Shown: piece by piece, positions 36,884 through 45,091 of the stretch
Layout: each line of letters begins with the position of its first letter
Position numbering within the stretch: position 1 is the stretch's first letter
Assembly: GCA_026396415.1 (NCBI GenBank)
Contig: JAPLWX010000035.1
Location: 51,381-115,380, forward strand
Length of the DNA: 64,000 bases
Direction: 5' to 3'
DNA from: Candidatus Micrarchaeota archaeon
GTDB taxonomy: Archaea > Micrarchaeota > Micrarchaeia > Anstonellales > Anstonellaceae
Made by a program: the position numbers and the translations under genes
Notes under the pieces: model-generated
The model's input: only the letters and a program-made list of their open reading frames with translations
Told to the model about the DNA's origin: nothing
Database searches by the model: none

Positions 36884-37636
36884 TCAGCCTATGAGGAGGA
36901 ACCTGTCCTCCTTCGGCTCGTCGTAAACCTTCCTGATTGCCTCCATCTGGGCCTCGCGTATCTTCATGGATGCCTTTCTTGCAAGCTCAAGCCCGCGCGC
37001 AAGCTCCTCGCGCGTGAGAAGCCCGTCCATCTGGAAAAGCAGCACGTCGCCGGTCCTGGGCGAGAACGCAATCGGCATGTCTGATTCGCCGAAATTGTCC
37101 TCCTCCTTGCCCGGGTCCACTGCCATCTGGCCGTCTATCTTGCAGACGGCAACCGCGCCTATGAGGTCCTTCATGGGGATGCCTGCGTCAGCAAGCGCCA
37201 CAGCCGCAGCCGTGACCGCGGCGCAGCGCGTCCCGCCGTCAGACTGGAGCACCTCGACAAATATGGAGATTTCGGTCTTGGGGAAGTTCTCCGAGATTAT
37301 CACGTTCTCGAACGCCTCCTTTATCACTTTCGAGATTTCCTTGCTGCGCCTGTTCGGCCCGCTCCTGCCGTGCTCCTCGGCGCCTGAGAAAGGCGCCATG
37401 TTGTAGCGGCACTTCACCACCGCGCGGTAAAGCGACTGGTCGTGGCGCGGGATGCATTCGCGCGGCCCGTACACGCCGGCAAGCACCTTGTTCTTGCCCC
37501 ATTCCACGTATGCCGAGCCTTCCGCGTCGTTGAGCACGCGCGCGACGATTTTCAGGGGGCGCACGTCTTCCACGCCCCTTCCGTCCACTCGCCTGCCGCC
37601 CACCAAAAGTGCCGGCTTTTCTCCTTGTCCACCCAT
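36884..37636 (-). CDS. rrp41: Exosome complex exonuclease Rrp41 (RNase PH)
   Basis: GRRVDGRGVEDVRPLKIVARVLNDAEGSAYVEWGKNKVLAGVYGP and the C-terminal MDGLLTREE resemble catalytic Rrp41. Confidence 0.9.
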   Translation of the reverse strand: MGGQGEKPALLVGGRRVDGRGVEDVRPLKIVARVLNDAEGSAYVEWGKNKVLAGVYGPRECIPRHDQSLYRAVVKCRYNMAPFSGAEEHGRSGPNRRSKEISKVIKEAFENVIISENFPKTEISIFVEVLQSDGGTRCAAVTAAAVALADAGIPMKDLIGAVAVCKIDGQMAVDPGKEEDNFGESDMPIAFSPRTGDVLLFQMDGLLTREELARGLELARKASMKIREAQMEAIRKVYDEPKEDRFLLIG

Positions 37637-37662
37637 TTTATCACCGTTTAAAAGTTATCTTC

Positions 37663-38274
37663 CTAAGCTTTCTTCTGCGACTTGAGGTACGCGGCCACGC
37701 GGTCGGTAAGCCCGTGCGTGTGCGCCTGCGCCTCTATCATCCTTATCGCCTTCTCGGCCAAGTTAGAGTCGCCCTTGCCTGTAATCCAGACATAGCCGTT
37801 CCTGCCAGCAATAACCTCGCAGCCCGTGTTCGCGCGTATCATGTCCACCATGGAGTTCTTCTTGCCGATGATGCGCGGGATTTTCACTGCGGACACACGC
37901 ACAAGCCTGCCCTCGGGAAGCTTTTTCGCCTCCCCAAGCTCGATGCTGCGCGTCTCGTCGGTCTTTTGGATGCGCGCAAATATCATGTCGCCCATCTCGT
38001 ACCTCTCGCGGATTTCGCGCGATGAGAGGAAGGCTGCATATGCCGAGTTCGTGTCCACGCTGTAGCCGGAGAAGCGCACCTCGGAGACGATGCCCACTAT
38101 CATGTCGTCGGGCAGGGGCTCGTACGGGCCTTCAAGCGGCACGAGCTTGCCCTCGGAGTAAAGCCCCACCACCGTGGAGTAGGTCCTGCCCTTGTCCACG
38201 AATGCGTAGCCTATCCGCTCAGGCTTGTCCGAGACTTGCTCGCCCGGCATCACTATCCTGCTTTCCCTTTCCAT
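37663..38274 (-). CDS. rrp4: Exosome complex RNA-binding subunit Rrp4 (S1 plus KH)
   Basis: An S1-like central domain and a KH GxxG loop (IPRIIGKKNSMVDMI). It is short at 203 aa. Confidence 0.75.
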   Translation of the reverse strand: MERESRIVMPGEQVSDKPERIGYAFVDKGRTYSTVVGLYSEGKLVPLEGPYEPLPDDMIVGIVSEVRFSGYSVDTNSAYAAFLSSREIRERYEMGDMIFARIQKTDETRSIELGEAKKLPEGRLVRVSAVKIPRIIGKKNSMVDMIRANTGCEVIAGRNGYVWITGKGDSNLAEKAIRMIEAQAHTHGLTDRVAAYLKSQKKA

Positions 38275-38292
38275 TGTACCACCGTGAAATCC

Positions 38293-38985
38293 TTACTTCA
38301 TCAGCTTAGTCTCAGCCGCTCCCGCGGTCGCGCGGTTTATCTTGTCGTAGAACTCCCCCTGCATGCCAGCTGGCATTTCCAGCACCACTATGAGGCTCCC
38401 GTCGCGCGCCCATTCCTCCTTCTGTATCCCGTACCCTTTCAGCATGCCGTACACGCGCTGAGCGTGCTCGGGGGGCACTTTCACCGCCACGCGGGCGCGC
38501 TCCACCTTGAGGGGAATGATGGGACGCAGCGCCTTCATCACGTCCTCAACCTGCGAGGCCGCATCCTTGAAGCCGTCGATGTGCACGCGGGCGGCATCCA
38601 TCGACTGCTCCAGGCGCAGCTGCGTGTGCGGCGCCCCGGTCCTTGGGTCTATGCACTCGCGCATCAATATCGCGACTATCTGCTTGCGCTTCTCCTCGAG
38701 CATCTTCCTCTTCTGGTCCGTGGTGAGCGCCAATTCGCCGTTCTTCACAATGCGCTCGGCAATGGCGAACACGTCGGTGGTGCCAAACGCCTTTTGGAGC
38801 GAGCTGGTGGTGTGCCGCTCGCCTTTCCTGAAGTTCTTGAAGACTTCCTCCACCGTGAGCACGTTGTTGAGCTCCTTTTTCTGCCCAAGGCGGTATGCAA
38901 GCGCGAGGTCGGGATCCACCATCACCTCGAAGCGCTCGCCCGCTATTTCCATGTGCGCTGTTATGGAGTTGTCAAGGCTCGCCAT
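38293..38985 (-). CDS. sdo1: Ribosome maturation protein SBDS/Sdo1
   Basis: 230 aa with the N-terminal FYSN-like domain. It sits between psmA and rrp4, as in other archaea. Confidence 0.8.
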   Translation of the reverse strand: MASLDNSITAHMEIAGERFEVMVDPDLALAYRLGQKKELNNVLTVEEVFKNFRKGERHTTSSLQKAFGTTDVFAIAERIVKNGELALTTDQKRKMLEEKRKQIVAILMRECIDPRTGAPHTQLRLEQSMDAARVHIDGFKDAASQVEDVMKALRPIIPLKVERARVAVKVPPEHAQRVYGMLKGYGIQKEEWARDGSLIVVLEMPAGMQGEFYDKINRATAGAAETKLMK

Positions 38986-39000
38986 ATTCCCATCTTCTGG

Positions 39001-39717
39001 TTACTTGATGTATTTTTCGATTTCTTTGGGCGATAGTATGGTGAATTCCTTGGTCTTCATGGTGGCGACCGCGATTTCGACCGTTTCGGGGGTCACCTTG
39101 AGGTCCGCGGACTTCCGAAGCGCCTTCATGGCAAGCGCTATCGCTTCCTCCTGCGCCATGCCTGGCTTGTATTCCTTCTCGAAGAATTCCTCGACCTCCT
39201 TCTTGCCAGATCCCACCGCGTCGGCGAGGTAGCCTGTGAGCGCTCCTGACGGCTCTGCCTCGTACAGGCGCGGCTTGTCGTCTACGCCTGCGACAAGCAG
39301 GGAAACGCCGAACGGGCGGATGCCGCCGTACTGGGTGTATACCTGCATGAGGTCGCAAAGCTCTTTCGTGATGGCCTCGACCGAGGCGGGCTCTGAGTAT
39401 GCCAGCTTGTGGCGCTGGGCTTCCATGCGCGCAAGCTCCACCAGCCTCCTGGCGTCTGCAATGAGGCCCGATGCGGTTGCAGCGATATGCTTGTCTATCT
39501 CGAACACTTTTTTCATGGATTCAGGGACCAGGAGCTTGGAGTTCGCGTTCTTGTATGCAACGAGGAGCACGCCCCCATCGAAGACCATGCCTATCGCGGT
39601 AGCCCCCCGCTTCACTGCCTCCTTGGCGTATTCCACCTGGAATAGCCTGCCGTCGGGCGAGAAGACAGTTATCGCGCGGTCATATGCCTGCTGTGCGGGT
39701 GGGTACATAAGTTTCAC
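39001..39717 (-). CDS. psmA: Proteasome alpha subunit
   Basis: YDRAITVFSPDGRLFQVEYAKEAVKRGATAIG is the hallmark alpha-subunit N-terminus. Confidence 0.9.
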   Translation of the reverse strand: MKLMYPPAQQAYDRAITVFSPDGRLFQVEYAKEAVKRGATAIGMVFDGGVLLVAYKNANSKLLVPESMKKVFEIDKHIAATASGLIADARRLVELARMEAQRHKLAYSEPASVEAITKELCDLMQVYTQYGGIRPFGVSLLVAGVDDKPRLYEAEPSGALTGYLADAVGSGKKEVEEFFEKEYKPGMAQEEAIALAMKALRKSADLKVTPETVEIAVATMKTKEFTILSPKEIEKYIK

Positions 39718-39885
39718 CTCAATATTCGCATTATTGCTCTGAAGAAGACAAAACGGGAAATTCTTCGCAGGAAAAGCTTGTCTCCTTTTTTGTGGATGTG
39801 TACGCCCTCTATTTCAAGGCTGAGGGTTTAAAAGGGTTGCGGGGCATATGCAAGACGGAGAGAAAAGATAGTAAAAGGTGGTAAA

Positions 39886-40566
39886 ATGTTAGTGTTCCAG
39901 ACAGGTCCGGGCAAAAATGAGCCTCTTCGCATAGACTACAACAATGTTGGCTTTGGGGGTTATACCAACGAGAGGGCGGATGAGCACTATGTTTTCCAGG
40001 TGATAGTGCCCCCAACCAGCCCACTTTACAAGGACCTGAAGGAGCCGGACATAAAAGGGATGTGCAGTTCGCAATATAACAGCACTATAAATAACGGTCC
40101 GAAGATGGAGCAGGAGGCCACCAAGCTATACAACGCGGCGTTGGAATATATTGATAGGCGCTCGACTCTGCCAACAAAATATGAGCTAGACAACATGGAT
40201 GATGATGAGAGGAAAAAAATGTTGACTGAGGCTGTCAATAAGGTGGAAGGAAAATTTAGCAAAGCCAAGGCAGAGTTCATGACCCAGACCACATATGCAA
40301 CGCAACCTGGGACAAGCAAGGCGATAAGCGACCAGATTACGAGCTTTGCAAACAACCATGTAAACTTCATCAAAAACATGAATAACGAGAAATACACTGC
40401 CAAGAATCAACTGCAAACCAGCATATACGTGACAGACAAGACCAGGATGGCGGACGCGCCGGCGAACTACAAGAATGGCCCATCGCAAGGGCAGACCAAT
40501 AATATGGTTCCGATAACTCCGCAAGAGCATCAGAAGAGGGTGGCGCCTCCGCAAGGGCAGTACTGA
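39886..40566 (+). CDS. Hypothetical Asn/Gln/Thr-rich protein in a lower-GC patch next to the IS element
   Basis: 226-aa ORF with no family match. The composition is atypical for this genome. Confidence 0.4.
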   Translation: MLVFQTGPGKNEPLRIDYNNVGFGGYTNERADEHYVFQVIVPPTSPLYKDLKEPDIKGMCSSQYNSTINNGPKMEQEATKLYNAALEYIDRRSTLPTKYELDNMDDDERKKMLTEAVNKVEGKFSKAKAEFMTQTTYATQPGTSKAISDQITSFANNHVNFIKNMNNEKYTAKNQLQTSIYVTDKTRMADAPANYKNGPSQGQTNNMVPITPQEHQKRVAPPQGQY

Positions 40567-40599
40567 AAAAGCCAAAGCCAGTTTTCTCGCAATAGGTGT

Positions 40600-41195
40600 G
40601 GCGTGAACTACCCACGCCTGAAGGCGTGGGCTTCTTGGGAAATTAACAGAATGCAACCAGGCGCATCTGCATAGCTTCGCTTTTTGCTTCTCTGATTGAC
40701 TGGTTCAGCTCCTTGAACTGATGCTTTTCGATATAGCGCCTTATTGTGTCTGCCTTGACGTTGCTGATGCTCCTGCAGAACTTGCCAGGGCTCCAAAAAT
40801 GCCCCTTCCTGAAAATCAGCCTGAAGCTTGGGAAGGCCGAAAACAGCTCGTGCGCAGACCTTCCCTTGAAAAGCTGGAAAGCCTTTGAAATGCTGAGGTC
40901 AAAGGGAAGAGAGACAAAGAGGTGGATGTGATCGACTGCAACATGCATGCTGTGGATGAGAATCTTGTATAGTTGGGCGGTCCTGATGAGTGATTCCTCC
41001 ACGAATTTTATGACATTCCTGTTGTCAAAGGCATCGTTCCTATATTTTGGGCACCACTCAAAATGGAACTGATTTAAGCCTACGCTGCGGTTTCCTGATA
41101 CAAAGTTTCCACTGGTCATTGACTCGACTCCAGTAGCGGTGATAAACTGATGGGCCGCCGAAGGCGGCCGCGCCGCTACTGGCAACTATTTTTCA
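40600..41195. mobile_element. IS200/IS605-family insertion sequence carrying tnpA only, bounded by subterminal hairpins
   Basis: The right hairpin is CCCACGCC-TGAA-GGCGTGGG (40610-40629). The left hairpin is GGCCGCC-GAA-GGCGGCC (41162-41178), nested in CCAGTAGCGG...CCGCTACTGG. Confidence 0.7.
40643..41119 (-). CDS. tnpA: IS200/IS605 family transposase TnpA (HUH Y1)
   Basis: HUH motif HVAVDHIHLFVSLP, and the catalytic region GRSAHELF...GHFWSPGKF. The start is the ATG at 41119. Confidence 0.8.
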   Translation of the reverse strand: MTSGNFVSGNRSVGLNQFHFEWCPKYRNDAFDNRNVIKFVEESLIRTAQLYKILIHSMHVAVDHIHLFVSLPFDLSISKAFQLFKGRSAHELFSAFPSFRLIFRKGHFWSPGKFCRSISNVKADTIRRYIEKHQFKELNQSIREAKSEAMQMRLVAFC

Positions 41196-41322
41196 AGCAC
41201 AGAATAAGAGATATTGGGCGCTTTCATCCAATGTCTGAAGACATTGGGTTTCCCGCGCCTAGGCAACTAATTTTGGCGCTACCATAGGTATATATACTTA
41301 ATGTTGTATAAATTATAACAAG

Positions 41323-42378
41323 TTGGCGGATTATATGAGATTCGGGAGCAAGGCAGTAATAATGCTTGCATTGGCAGTGGGCGCGCACGGCCTTTTTGCA
41401 CAGAAGCCATTCTCGGCAATCAGGACAAAAACAGATTCAATCATCCGGGATAGCTCGCTGCAGCTGCCATATAGGGGAAAAAAAGCATCAAGCTGCCTCA
41501 TGCTGACATCAATTGAAGACGATAAACGTTCTGGGTCCGGAGGCTATGTACCCTCTAGGGGCTACGAACCTGAGAATGATTATGCCCGCATTTTTGAGGC
41601 AGTGGTCGATTCCCTCGCATCAAGAGGGATAGAAAAGGGAAAGTGCGTGGAATTCGCTGACGGCATGATAAATGCGCTTTATGATGACCAAAAAATCAGG
41701 GCTGGCAACGGGATTATCGGCCTTTTTGCTGACGCGTTCAAGTACACGCAATTTGACTGCAAGAATTTTGCCGTTTTTGCCGCTGAATGCGCAGACTACT
41801 TTGGGTTCAGCTATGAATATGTCTGCCTGCGCCACCACATGGTTCTGCAGGTGGACACTGTTTATCTGGACCTGGTCGAAGGCACATATTACACATCAAG
41901 GAGAGCCCTGGAAGACAAGCACGGCAAAGTTTTCCTAACCATCAATGGGAAAGACACCTGCAAGCTGAAATTCTCATCCTATGAAAACCTTGGGCACATG
42001 CACTATTATCTTGGGCAAAAGCACATTATAGCAGGCGATACTGCAGGCGCTGCAGAAGAATATGACACTGCGAGAATTTGCATCCAGAAATCGCTGGAAA
42101 TCGCCCCAGAGTTGCCAGACCTTTGGAAGATGCTTGGAAAAATTTACCTGGCCTTGAATAGGCTGGATGATGCCCTGGGGGCTTATTTGCGCGAGGCGCA
42201 GCTGGACCCTGATTCGTGGGACGTGCATTACAGGAGGGGGAATATTTATTGCGACCTAAAGAATTACAAGATGGCGCTTAAGGAATATGAAGAGGCAAAA
42301 AATGCAGGATGCCGCTTTGTGGACAAAGATATATCCAGAATAAGGCAGCTCTTGGTGCTCAGCACCAACAAAAAGTAA
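41323..42378 (+). CDS. Secreted TPR-repeat protein
   Basis: N-terminal signal-like AVIMLALAVGAHGLFA, and C-terminal TPR units (WKMLGKIYLALNRLDDALGAY, HYRRGNIYCDLKNYKMALKEYEEA). Confidence 0.65.
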   Translation: MADYMRFGSKAVIMLALAVGAHGLFAQKPFSAIRTKTDSIIRDSSLQLPYRGKKASSCLMLTSIEDDKRSGSGGYVPSRGYEPENDYARIFEAVVDSLASRGIEKGKCVEFADGMINALYDDQKIRAGNGIIGLFADAFKYTQFDCKNFAVFAAECADYFGFSYEYVCLRHHMVLQVDTVYLDLVEGTYYTSRRALEDKHGKVFLTINGKDTCKLKFSSYENLGHMHYYLGQKHIIAGDTAGAAEEYDTARICIQKSLEIAPELPDLWKMLGKIYLALNRLDDALGAYLREAQLDPDSWDVHYRRGNIYCDLKNYKMALKEYEEAKNAGCRFVDKDISRIRQLLVLSTNKK

Positions 42379-42437
42379 AGGAAAGATGAAGCCGGGCGCC
42401 AAGAGCCAGGCTACTCAAAAAGAAAAGAAGTAAAAAC

Positions 42438-43013
42438 CTAGAGCACTTTGGTGATGAGGTTGGCGCTCACCACCCTGAATGGGTAGTCCGAGCCATCCTC
42501 GCTGTTCTTGTAGTACACCCAAATCTTGCCCGAGAAGTCAGTGCCTGCGATGGTCGATGCGTCGGGGCATGCGACTTCGTGGGTGGAGCCAGCCGTAACG
42601 TTAAATAGGAATGCGCCCTGGCGGCCTATTGTGTCCAGCTTTGCCGCAGCGATGGCAGGCGCGGCAGGCTTGGCTGCAGACGACTTGAGGCAGGATACGC
42701 CGTAGATGTCCACTGCGTTGTTGTTGCCGTTGATGATGCTGCCCACGAGAAGGTGGTCGGACGCCCGGATGGCTATGTTGTCGCAGGCAAACCCTATCTG
42801 GTCGAACTTGCAGCTCTGCGGCGCAGAGAACGGGTTCATGATGAGAAGGATTGCAATCACGACGACAATGACGAGCAATGCCCATCCGTATGTCATGAGA
42901 TATTCCATCGCCGCCTGCCCGAGCAGGGGGCGAGCAGTCGGCGCAGCCGACTCAATGGCAGCCTGCCCGGTTTTTTTTCCAATCATCAAACCACCTGTTT
43001 TGCCTATTTTCAC
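42438..43013 (-). CDS. Class III signal peptide (archaeal type IV pilin-like) protein
   Basis: LLGQAAMEYLMTYGWALLVIVVVIAILLI is a prepilin-peptidase-type motif (G | QAAMEY followed by a hydrophobic helix). The N-terminal extension is uncertain. Confidence 0.65.
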   Translation of the reverse strand: MKIGKTGGLMIGKKTGQAAIESAAPTARPLLGQAAMEYLMTYGWALLVIVVVIAILLIMNPFSAPQSCKFDQIGFACDNIAIRASDHLLVGSIINGNNNAVDIYGVSCLKSSAAKPAAPAIAAAKLDTIGRQGAFLFNVTAGSTHEVACPDASTIAGTDFSGKIWVYYKNSEDGSDYPFRVVSANLITKVL

Positions 43014-43023
43014 ATTATTCGCA

Positions 43024-44091
43024 TTAAATATATATATTCGACAGCAGCGTGTCGAGCAGGAAGCCCATCAGGAAAAATATCACAAGCGACCCTATCAGCA
43101 GGAAAGGCAGGTATGCCATCCCGTCCTTTTTGCTCCCCTTGGAAATCACGCCGATTATGAGCGACGAGAAAATTGCGGTCATGATGCAGCAGAGCACAGT
43201 GAAAATGAAGAACTCGGACGACGTGATGAGCGGCTTTTGGGGCATGATGAACGAGCCCGAGTAGCCTGCCGCGCTGACATCCGACAGGTTGATGTTCAGG
43301 AACACCCCTTCGATAAGCGCCACAAGCTTGCCGGAAATGGCAAACAGGAAAGGCGTGCCTATCGCCCCTGCAAACACTATGAATATCACGTACATTATGA
43401 GCGAGGTGGCAATCTCCTTCCGAAGCGTTGCCATCTGGCGCGTGTCATCAGCTGTCCTCTCGAGTATGTCCGCAAGCTTGCCGCCCGATGCGATGCCCTG
43501 CTTTATGAGCGCGACCGTCCTTCTTATTGCCTTGGAATTGAAGCGCTCGGTGAGCTGGTCGATTGCCAGGTTGAACGGGACGCCTCCGAATGCCTTTTTC
43601 GCGACCGTGGACACCTCGTCGGACAGTATGCCGAACTCCGGCTTTGCGGCATACCACATCGCCTGGTCAATGGTCATCCCGGCGCGCACGTTCGCCGCGG
43701 AGAGGGACAGGAATTCCGGGAGCACGTCCTCCACCCTGCGCCTGCGCTCGTCGGCCATGAGAAGGAGCGAGACATATGCGATGAGGCAGACGATGCCGGT
43801 TGCAAGCGCAATGGAAAAGAGCGCGGCAAACAGCGTCAGGAAGTCGGGCGAGGAGACGACCAGGCTTGAATCTATCATGATTGCGAGCTTGAAAAGCACG
43901 CTCCGCAGGGGCGCCACGCCGACAAAGAGAAGGTACGTGATGATGGAGGTGAGCGCGCAGAGGATGACCACGAAGCCTGCGAATGCCTCTGGGACGAAGT
44001 CCATGCCGGAAGCCTCGAGCATGTGCCCTAGCTGGCGCGTCTGCTCGCGGCTGAAAATCCGCCCCACCATCTCGTATAATCTTATCGCCAT
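43024..44091 (-). CDS. TadC/FlaJ-like (T2SS protein F family) polytopic membrane protein
   Basis: Hydrophobic helices flank a cytoplasmic domain, the GspF/TadC architecture. Confidence 0.7.
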   Translation of the reverse strand: MAIRLYEMVGRIFSREQTRQLGHMLEASGMDFVPEAFAGFVVILCALTSIITYLLFVGVAPLRSVLFKLAIMIDSSLVVSSPDFLTLFAALFSIALATGIVCLIAYVSLLLMADERRRRVEDVLPEFLSLSAANVRAGMTIDQAMWYAAKPEFGILSDEVSTVAKKAFGGVPFNLAIDQLTERFNSKAIRRTVALIKQGIASGGKLADILERTADDTRQMATLRKEIATSLIMYVIFIVFAGAIGTPFLFAISGKLVALIEGVFLNINLSDVSAAGYSGSFIMPQKPLITSSEFFIFTVLCCIMTAIFSSLIIGVISKGSKKDGMAYLPFLLIGSLVIFFLMGFLLDTLLSNIYI

Positions 44092-44101
44092 AAGAGCACC
44101 G

Positions 44102-45028
44102 TCAAACTATGTCGAACTTCGGCCTTGACGATTCCACTACGGAAAGGAAAATGAACTGGATTATGCCTATGCAGGCAAGTATCCCGAAAAGCGCGGCAGG
44201 CCCGAATGATATGCCTGAGCCGCCCAGGAAGGACACAAGCATTATCATGAATGCCACCCCCAGCGAGGGCATGATTATGCCGAAAATCATGAAGAACATC
44301 ACCAGGGGGTTGAGCTTCTGCCCGTATGCCTTGAGGTCGAGTATCTGCTCCTTTGATATCTGGTCAAGCGACGATTCCAGCGTGAGGGCGACGTCCGCGC
44401 CCGATGCCAGCGAGTTTGCAAGCTGGAGCACGAGGCGGTTGAAATAGGCGGAGGGGTTGTTCTCCGCGACCTCGTGGAGCGCGGCGCCGAGCGGCACGCC
44501 GAGCGTGACTTTCTCCACTATCTTGTTGAACTCCTCGGACACGGGCCCGTAGTCGCGGCTTATGCCCAGCATCGCGTCGAAAAGCGGCACGCCCGACTGC
44601 AGCTCGATGAGCATGTGCCTGCCTGCGAAGACAATCTCCTGGTCTATCCTCTTCGCGCGCTGCCTTGCTTTCACCAGCGGGAACTGCATGAGGTAGATGA
44701 ACATGGCAGCGTACACTATGGGCGCAAGCACAAGAAGAAGCAGCATGGAAAAGTCAGTGGAGCGGAGCAGGAGCCACAGCACCAGGAGCAAAACGGCGGT
44801 GATGTAAACTGCGCTGGAAAGGGCGTAGCTGACAAAGCCGGCAGGCGTGTAGTTCATCTGGGCCTGGATGAGCTGGCGCCGAAGGAGGGGGAAACTGAGC
44901 GAGATTGACCTGAAAAACGTGCGGAACTGGCGCGGGTCAGAGGCGCCCTCTGTTTCGCGCAGTGGCTGCGCCACCAATGGATGATGGGACCGGGGCGCCA
45001 TTGTCGCGTTCTTGTCGTTTTGTTCCAT
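44102..45028 (-). CDS. TadB/FlaJ-like (T2SS protein F family) membrane protein
   Basis: Same architecture as its neighbour, so the pair is a split FlaJ/TadBC. Confidence 0.7.
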   Translation of the reverse strand: MEQNDKNATMAPRSHHPLVAQPLRETEGASDPRQFRTFFRSISLSFPLLRRQLIQAQMNYTPAGFVSYALSSAVYITAVLLLVLWLLLRSTDFSMLLLLVLAPIVYAAMFIYLMQFPLVKARQRAKRIDQEIVFAGRHMLIELQSGVPLFDAMLGISRDYGPVSEEFNKIVEKVTLGVPLGAALHEVAENNPSAYFNRLVLQLANSLASGADVALTLESSLDQISKEQILDLKAYGQKLNPLVMFFMIFGIIMPSLGVAFMIMLVSFLGGSGISFGPAALFGILACIGIIQFIFLSVVESSRPKFDIV

Positions 45029-45091
45029 CCATTTCCCTCGCTTGAACTTAATTCCAATGTAATTTATTAAAAGGCACCTGTTGGCGCGGAT

